Assembly: GCA_018985225.1 (NCBI GenBank)
Contig: JADGIF010000668.1
Span: 1 to 5,354, forward strand
Direction: 5' to 3'
Origin: Amoeboradix gromovi X-113
Lineage: Eukaryota; Fungi; Sanchytriomycota
DNA length: 5,354 nt
The notes beneath the pieces were generated by a model. The model saw only the letters and a list, made by a program, of their open reading frames with translations. It was not told the DNA's origin and made no database searches. Position 1 is the stretch's first letter. The number at the start of each line of letters is the position of its first letter. A program made the translations under genes and the position numbers. This document shows, one piece after another, positions 1 to 5,354 of this stretch.

Positions 1-52
1 TAGAACTTCATTCCAAAACCCCCAAAACCGGTGGCCTACATCATTCTGAAAC

Positions 53-1108
53 ATGTTATTTCTTGGATATTCGCTAGCTGCATTCTGCACGTCTGGAAAT
101 GGTGTATGCTATACAATGGCACAGTCTGATGGTTTGTTACAAGTCAAAATTGATACAACAATAAGTGGTTGGGTTGGATTAGGAGTTGGATCTTCCATGC
201 AAGGTGATGTCTATGTATTTTGGAAGGTTGGAAACCAAGTCATTTTAAGCAGTCGTCAATCTTCCAACCAATTAAACACTCCAAGCATCAATGCGAACCC
301 TAATGTGAAAATTACAAATTCTGTAATTACAACTAATGGATTCTCTGTAACCTTTACACGTGCTATTAGCACTACTGGTGGATATACAACTCCGGTAACA
401 AATAAATTTATGGCTGCTTATAGATCAGGCGCTATTTCTAGCACTGATCCTAGCTACAGATATGCAGAGCATTCTTTTAAATCCAATTTTGTATACACTG
501 TGCCAGTTCTTTATGCCAATAACACAAGTAGCACAAACACTACAGATATAACTAACACGGGTAATAATGAAAACACCTTAATTGGTGGAGATTCTAGCTC
601 TACCACTTCTTCTGAAATATATTCCACACTTCATGGTTATTTTATGATTTTCTCATGGCTGTTTTGTATTCCTATGGCTGATTTAATTTCAAGATTTGGG
701 AAAGATTCAAAACTTGGTGCTAAATGGTATCCACTTCATAAAATATTAAACATCTCTGCATTTATTGCAACAACTATTGCACTTGTATTGATATGCATTG
801 ATAAGAACAATGTCGTATTTACAGATACTAACTTCTTTCATCCTTTTATTGGAAGCATAATGTATGGTTTAGTTGTCTTGCAAATTGTATTAGGTGTGTA
901 TATCAATAAGAAATACGATCATGCTAGAACAAGCATTCCATGGTATGATAAGATGCACTGGGGAATGGGATATATGCTACTCTTTTTAGGATACACGAAT
1001 TCTGTTATTGCTTCTGTGATTATTGGTGGCGGATATATCATTACAGGAATTCTATTTTTTGTATTCTTCATGTTGATTTTTATGATCTTGGAATTTTCAT
1101 CGGAATAA
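53..1108 (+). CDS. DOMON domain + cytochrome b561 transmembrane protein (CYBDOM-type, putative ferric/ascorbate reductase), apparently intact
   Basis: 351-aa ORF with a short hydrophobic N-terminus. DOMON motifs GWVGLGVGSSM (Met heme ligand) and YAEH (His ligand), an N/T/S-rich linker, then hydrophobic helices with the four b561 heme His (TLHGYFM, WYPLHK, FFHPFIG, DKMHWGMG). Confidence 0.88.
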   Translation: MLFLGYSLAAFCTSGNGVCYTMAQSDGLLQVKIDTTISGWVGLGVGSSMQGDVYVFWKVGNQVILSSRQSSNQLNTPSINANPNVKITNSVITTNGFSVTFTRAISTTGGYTTPVTNKFMAAYRSGAISSTDPSYRYAEHSFKSNFVYTVPVLYANNTSSTNTTDITNTGNNENTLIGGDSSSTTSSEIYSTLHGYFMIFSWLFCIPMADLISRFGKDSKLGAKWYPLHKILNISAFIATTIALVLICIDKNNVVFTDTNFFHPFIGSIMYGLVVLQIVLGVYINKKYDHARTSIPWYDKMHWGMGYMLLFLGYTNSVIASVIIGGGYIITGILFFVFFMLIFMILEFSSE

Positions 1109-1177
1109 CTGCAGCACTGCTTAATAAATATGATAATTTCTCATTGTTTCACTCAATAATTTAGTTTTTGAGACATA

Positions 1178-2112
1178 ATGCTGGTCATAACAGCAGATAT
1201 TCCAGACATTCCCTAGGACGGTAAAGTAATAAAATGCAAACAAAATGAGAAATCTAAATATATAGCAGATGCAGAATATTTGTTAACCACCGTGACTACA
1301 AATTTGCAAGATTTGACCAAAGCCAAGAAATTAAAAATGATTTCAACGATTAGTGTAGGTGTAGATCATATCAACATTCAGTATTGTAGAGATAATAATA
1401 TTAAAGTAGGGCATATACCTGATATTTTGAGTGATTCTGATGTTGCAATTGCTCTGATTTTGATGACTACTCGTAAATTACTTAGCTCAGTACAGCATGT
1501 CACTTGCAAAGAGCGTAATTTTAATATGTTTTCATTATTCAATGAGTTAGTAGGAACAGGTCTTAAAAATAAAGTAATTGGGATTATTGGCCTTGCTCGC
1601 ATTGGATATGAAATAGCAAAGAGACTATCTGCATTTGGTGTAAATAAAGTATTATACTTTGACCATAGTGGCCCTAAACCAATAGCAGATTTCAATATAA
1701 ACAATTCCATCATTTCAGTCATTTATGTCCCAATGGAAGAATTATTAAAACAGAGTGATTTTGTTATTGTTGCATGTGCATTAAACGATAAAAATACCCA
1801 TATAGCAAACAAATCTTTCTTTAACCAAATGAAAAAGACAGCTTTTTTCTATAATGTTGCCAGTGGTAAATTGGTGGATACAACAGCACATGTAGAGGCG
1901 TTGGAACATGGTGAAATAGCTGGATGTGGACTAGATGTCACTGAACCAGAACCTATCCCATTTGATCATAAATTATTGACATTTAAAATGTTGTTGTTTT
2001 GCCACATATTGGAACTGCAAATACAGAAACTAGAACGGATATGATGAATTTGGCTATTCAAAACTTGCTACAATTTCAGAAAGATTGCACAATTCGGTGT
2101 GAAAATAAATAA
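1178..2112 (+). pseudogene. Glyoxylate/hydroxypyruvate reductase-like D-2-hydroxyacid dehydrogenase, disrupted
   Basis: ATG 1178 is in frame with ORF 1280..2044 but interrupted by TAG at 1214-1216. Family motifs SVGVDHI and GLDVTEPEP are present. The Rossmann GxGxxG reads GLARIG (1589-1606) and catalytic N-x-x-R-G reads NVASG (Ser 1862-1864). A frameshift at the A-run 1985-1988 puts the conserved NVVVLPHIGTANTETR...LAIQNL (catalytic His 2005-2007) in another frame, ending TAA 2110-2112. Confidence 0.85.
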
Positions 2113-2220
2113 ATAAGATTTTAATATTTCAAGCCAGATGATAGAGGAACCCATCGTTCATCTGTTCAGAGTTTCATAGATCATGGTTTGCAAATATAAC
2201 AGTTTGGAGTCAGGGGAAGA

Positions 2221-3000
2221 CTGGAAGTTGAATTTTTAAATTATTGTTCCACAACCAAAGCACGTACATTAAAAATGAATGGTTTATTCTTACCACAATT
2301 TATGCCAGTAGGTAAAAAAGGGACTATAAAAGGAATGACAAGTAAAAAGATTCATTCACTTAATTGTCAAACTATTTTAGGCAATACTTTTCATTTAGGA
2401 TCAGATCCTGGAACACAAGTATTTGATGAGTATAAAGGACTTCATAACTTTATGCAATATCCTACTCATTTATTAACTGATAGTGGTGGTTTTCAAATGG
2501 TTAGTTTGAAAGAATTGTGTAATGTTACTGAAGAAGGCGTTGAATTCACCTACAAAGATATTACAACTATGTCAACTCCTGAGAAGTCTATTGAATGGCA
2601 GAATAGTATTGGTGCAAATATTATTATGCAATTGGATGATGTTGTTGATCCGACATCTAATGAAGATAGAATTGAAGAGGCTGTATATATATCGATTAGA
2701 TGGCTTGATAGATGTTTAAAAGCTCATAACAATCCACTTACTCAATCATTATTTCCAATTGTACAAGGTGGATTAAATTACACACCGAAATATTCAATCG
2801 ATGAGATTATTAAAAAAGATACTGATGGAATAGCAATTGGTGGTCTTGCAGTTAAGGAATCAAAAGAAGACTTTTGGAAAGTAGTTCATTTCTGTACAGA
2901 AAATCTACCAAAGAACAAGCCAATATATTGTATGGGAATAGGATATGTTGAGGACTTGATTGTTTGTGTCTCATTATGCGTACTTTTATGGTGTAATTAG
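2221..3000 (+). pseudogene. QTRT1: Queuine tRNA-ribosyltransferase catalytic subunit (eukaryotic TGT/QTRT1-like), 3'-truncated
   Basis: Motifs CSTTKAR (in frame, upstream of the called ATG 2275), FMPVG, ILGNTFHLG, LTDSGGFQMVSL (Asp 2479-2481), IMQLDDVV, IRWLDRC, LFPIVQGG and MGIGYVEDLIVCV. Homology stops at about 2982, just before the expected GVDMFDC catalytic Asp, and there is no C-terminal CxCxxC/H zinc site. The true start is uncertain. Confidence 0.85.
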
Positions 3001-3146
3001 TGTTTGACCATTGGAGCTATCTCAATTATTCAGATAACTATGAGCAGATAGATTCTTAAAGACTCGATTAAATCTGCTTAAAACTCAAAAGATTTTGGTA
3101 GCGCTTCAGTCATTTTCCAACACCACCCTACAATGAATTCAAGTTG

Positions 3147-3540
3147 GTCTAATTTTTTCATTTAAAAGTATATTTTCTTCTTTAACTATGGTCATGTCAA
3201 TCAAAAATGGTCACACGTCTTCGATACTTGGATTTTTGGACAGGTCAAGATCTGAAGAACCAAAAATTCTACTTATCAGATTTTGACGAAATTTAATTTG
3301 GTCTAGAAATTACATTGGGTGTCTCATATGTAAATTGCATTACTCTTATAGTTTTATTCTTTTATCTTGATTTGCTCAAAGTCTAAATAGTTAATTGGTT
3401 CAAGTAAATTTTCTGAAAGTTGAGACTTGATAGGGTAAAACAGTCTAGCTTTTATATTTGAATTGCAATATTAATTTCAAATTGAAACATCTCAAAATGA
3501 ATATTTTCGACTCGGTCTAGTTTTTATATTTGGTGTTCCA
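3147..3540 (+). repeat. Dispersed degenerate direct repeats of GTCTAGTTTTTATATTTG(GTGTTCCA)
   Basis: Copies at 3515-3540, 3443-3460 (17/18 identical to the core), 3301-3326 (about 19/26) and a weaker one at 3147-3163. Confidence 0.6.
3515..3540 (+). repeat. Left arm of 26-bp inverted repeat (partner 5278-5303)
   Basis: GTCTAGTTTTTATATTTGGTGTTCCA. Its reverse complement matches 5278-5303 at 24/26, including an 18-bp perfect core. Confidence 0.85.
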
Positions 3541-3565
3541 TTTCATTAGTTCATACAAATTTTAA

Positions 3566-4313
3566 TCTGGGAAACCAGTGGACGGCCGCACGATTACGGC
3601 GTGGGAATCCGATATTAGTGACCACGACAGCAAGACGGTCTCTCCCACGAAATTTAGTGACTATATCCGTACCAAGCTTCTCGTGAACTCGAAGGTTTCG
3701 TCTTTCTATGAGGATAGAATCTACCGGAAGTTGAAGCTGAGTACGTTTTTGAACACTAGAAAATCGGAACAGTGGATGTTGACGCGCTTCAAGGGGATCT
3801 TTGGGTCGCCTTAGGAGTTAGTTATTGGCATCGGTGACTGGGAGCAGAAGAAGCACATGAAGTTCAAGGAACCGACCAAAGGCAAGGGATTTCGGACCCT
3901 CTTGCGAAAGGGCGGATATGAAGTTCTGCTGGTCGACGAGTTTCGCACCAATTGTCAGTGTTCCCACTGTCAAACCGAGGCAGCGAAATGCGAGAAATTC
4001 CGCGTGCGGCTGGACCCCAACAAGAAAAAACAAGAATCTGAGCGAAGTCTCCGACTAGTACACGGTCTTCTCCTGTGCCAACAGTGTGGAACAGAGACGT
4101 GAACTCGGCCATCAATATTGCACGCATAGCACGTGAAGTACTTGAAGGCAGGGAGCGACCACAGTATATGAGCCGCTGCCAAACTCAACCGTCAGAAACG
4201 GACAGCGCTGTTACATCGACAGTACATAATCGAATTTATATAGGGCTGAAATGCCCAAACGTTGCTTTGCTAAAGCGGCCCCCCCCCCGGCGTTTTAAAT
4301 TTCCAACGGTGTA
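3566..4313 (+). mobile_element. 5'-truncated remnant of a Fanzor-encoding DNA transposon with preserved right end
   Basis: The segment is visibly more GC- and CpG-rich than its flanks, with sharp borders. It ends GGCGTTTTAAATTTCCAACGGTG followed by TA. No matching left end or transposase is in the window. Confidence 0.7.
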
Positions 4314-4314
4314 A
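3566..4314 (+). pseudogene. Fanzor1-type (eukaryotic TnpB-like) RNA-guided RuvC endonuclease, C-terminal half only, disrupted
   Basis: Three ORF pieces join into one protein: ...FYEDRIYRKLKL...FGSP*(TAG 3812-3814)ELVIGIGDW...EPTKGKGFRTLLRKGGYEVLLVDEFRT-CQCSHC...HGLLLCQQC /frameshift about 4087/ WNRDVNSAINIARIA...GRERPQYMSR. The GDW motif, relocated RuvC-II Glu (DEFRT, 3938-3940), CxxC..CxxC zinc ribbon, RuvC-III NRD (4096-4098) and RPxY tail match Fanzor1. RuvC-I and the N-terminal domains are absent. Confidence 0.88.
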
Positions 4315-4333
4315 ATGGTACCAAATAAAACCC
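4205..4333 (+). ncRNA. Putative Fanzor omegaRNA: scaffold about 4205-4311/4313 plus flank-derived guide about 4312-4333
   Basis: Lies at the 3' end of the Fanzor ORF. Folded by hand: stem 4207-4211/4219-4223 with loop UACAUCG (4212-4218) complementary to the terminal CGGUGUA (4307-4313); helix 4232-4238/4296-4302; hairpin GGGC-UGAAAU-GCCC 4243-4256; helix 4257-4264/4288-4295 enclosing hairpin CUUU-GCU-AAAG 4265-4275. The 5' end may lie further upstream. Confidence 0.65.
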
Positions 4334-4356
4334 TAAACCCCTATTTAGTTAAATGT

Positions 4357-5154
4357 TTACTTTGTTTTAGGAAATTCTGCAAGAAATAACTCTTTAGATT
4401 GGGCATCTTCTAGTACGATATGTGTGTCATCGAGAGCAAACAAATCAGATACTATTTTTTGAGTTCTCCATTCTCCGTTCTCATAGCAGGTTAGCCAACG
4501 GTTATGTGTCCATTTTCCGCAAATCTTATCCTTATTGATCCTAACATTAAAGATGTAACGGTCTAATGCCTCCCATTTAGGACTATCGGTACTTAATAAA
4601 TCATCGGTGCATACAGATTTACCAGAAGTACGGCCAAGAATGTTCACGCAGGCGCGCTCCCCTGAGATAGAAATATTATCTATGTATGCATCTTTGTATA
4701 TCTTTTTCTTTTCCCAAACATGTGTACTGCTCAATATATTCGAAAAACTCGTGCATTTTATGAAATCGGAACGTGTAATACAAACTGTATCGTCATCAAG
4801 CTCTACTTTTATGTCATGCAAGCTATGCTGCTGATATGCTTTGACCCAATCTACGCGATCTGCTGTAATGTCTTCAGTACAGTAAACTTTTTGACTATCC
4901 GAATTCGCACATGCTGCCTTTCCGTAAATCGAGATACCTTTGATCAAAAGACTTGGTTTTTTCTGATGCAATGTAGTCGTGATATCATATGTGTTCCAAC
5001 AATACAGCAACCACCCATTACGGTAGCTTACTCCACAAGTCAGATTTCCTGATACAGCAATATTGTAAAGATCAAGACTTCTTAGATTTTTTAGCTTTTT
5101 AAAGTCAAACGGCTCTCCAGCTTGTAGCGCTGCAACAAAATTTGCAAAGAACAT
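4357..5154 (-). CDS. Putative secreted Cys-paired beta-propeller repeat protein (tectonin/tachylectin-1-like lectin fold)
   Basis: 265-aa ORF with a short signal-like N-terminus (MFFANFVAALQA). About five 40-45 aa repeats with the pattern I-x-I-x-G-x-x-x-C...C...W (NIAVSGNLTC..LYC, GISIYGKAAC..VYC..DW, VELDDDTVC..IKC..VW, NISISGERAC..SVC..KW, NVRINKDKIC..LTC..EW), plus a degenerate sixth. The ORF is probably real; the fold call is inference. Confidence 0.65.
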   Translation of the reverse strand: MFFANFVAALQAGEPFDFKKLKNLRSLDLYNIAVSGNLTCGVSYRNGWLLYCWNTYDITTTLHQKKPSLLIKGISIYGKAACANSDSQKVYCTEDITADRVDWVKAYQQHSLHDIKVELDDDTVCITRSDFIKCTSFSNILSSTHVWEKKKIYKDAYIDNISISGERACVNILGRTSGKSVCTDDLLSTDSPKWEALDRYIFNVRINKDKICGKWTHNRWLTCYENGEWRTQKIVSDLFALDDTHIVLEDAQSKELFLAEFPKTK

Positions 5155-5186
5155 TATGATTCAGCAGCTCAGTAACTGCCTGACCT

Positions 5187-5211
5187 CTTATAAAAAAAGT
5201 TGGCCAATCAG
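5187..5211 (-). promoter_or_regulatory. Candidate core promoter of the propeller gene: TATA-like element and CCAAT box
   Basis: TTTTATAAG on the minus strand (5187-5195), about 35 nt upstream of the ATG. GGCCAATCAG (5202-5211) matches the orientation-independent NF-Y/HAP consensus. Confidence 0.45.
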
Positions 5212-5277
5212 ATTGACCTTGCTACATTATTTTAATTACAGAATGATTGCCTGGTTAACCGTCATCGCTTAAACATC

Positions 5278-5303
5278 TGGGACATCAAATATAAAAACTA
5301 GAC
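5278..5303 (-). repeat. Right arm of 26-bp inverted repeat (partner 3515-3540)
   Basis: TGGGACATCAAATATAAAAACTAGAC versus the reverse complement of 3515-3540, TGGAACACCAAATATAAAAACTAGAC: 2 mismatches. Confidence 0.85.
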
Positions 5304-5354
5304 TAACTTTCTGTAACAACTTGGAACATTATTTCAGCTTTATTAATTTTATGG

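Noticed and set aside
13-29. Short direct repeat CCAAAACC x2 upstream of gene 1
   Set aside because: Too short and too close to the window edge to interpret.
716-733. GGTGCTAAATGGTATCCA in the b561 gene resembles the element end plus guide start (GGTGTAAATGGTACCA)
   Set aside because: Only 9 contiguous bases match, in AT-rich coding sequence, which is compatible with chance. Not called as a guide target.
2183-2202. A 17-nt GT...AG mini-intron (2186-2202) would join ATG 2183 in frame to the tgt N-terminus
   Set aside because: It is shorter than nearly all known spliceosomal introns and has no support elsewhere in the window. It needs RNA-seq evidence.
1378-2719. ORFs 1378..1722 (-) and 2522..2719 (+)
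   Set aside because: Shadow frames overlapping recognisable genes, with no motifs.
3041-3080. 9-bp hairpin TGAGCAGAT/ATCTGCTTA
   Set aside because: A single short stem with a long loop and no supporting context.
3147-3540. Canonical CRISPR array
   Set aside because: The repeats are too degenerate and irregularly spaced, are not palindromic, have no cas1/cas2 nearby and sit in a eukaryotic context.
3440-3560. 72-nt spacing as a decayed 24-aa leucine-rich repeat on the minus strand
   Set aside because: All three minus-strand frames hit stops quickly and show no LxxLxL pattern.
1211-3817. TAG reassignment or readthrough: both in-frame stops (1214-1216 and 3812-3814) are TAG in a CCY-TAG-GA context
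   Set aside because: Both genes also carry frameshifts and other lesions, and the long intact ORFs have no internal TAG. Ordinary nonsense mutation is sufficient.
3818-4188. Three minus-strand ORFs (3818..4033, 3864..4127, 3970..4188)
   Set aside because: Antisense shadows of the GC-richer Fanzor coding sequence.
4175-4314. C-terminal tail CQTQ...RFKFPTV as a protein domain
   Set aside because: Fanzor homology ends near RPQYMSR. The rest is better explained as the frame running through the RNA scaffold and element end.
4607-5052. Plus-strand ORFs 4607..4834 and 4720..5052
   Set aside because: Antisense to the longer, internally repetitive 265-aa ORF, with no recognisable features.

Overview
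AT-rich, apparently intronless, gene-dense eukaryotic DNA; the genes look like those of an early-diverging fungus or fungus-like lineage, but the taxon cannot be fixed from sequence alone. The left half (1-3000) holds an intact DOMON + cytochrome b561 gene, then two co-oriented housekeeping genes that appear to be decaying: a glyoxylate/hydroxypyruvate reductase-like D-2-hydroxyacid dehydrogenase and a 3'-truncated queuine tRNA-ribosyltransferase. The right half looks mobile or accessory. It has a non-coding spacer with degenerate copies of an 18-26 nt motif, then an abrupt shift to higher GC at a 5'-truncated, disrupted Fanzor1-type (eukaryotic TnpB-like) RNA-guided nuclease gene. Directly after it is a foldable, pseudoknotted omegaRNA-like right end finishing ...CAACGGTG|TAAA, followed by a convergent secreted Cys-paired beta-propeller (tectonin/tachylectin-like) gene. 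A 26-bp inverted repeat (3515-3540 / 5278-5303) brackets the Fanzor remnant and the propeller gene together.
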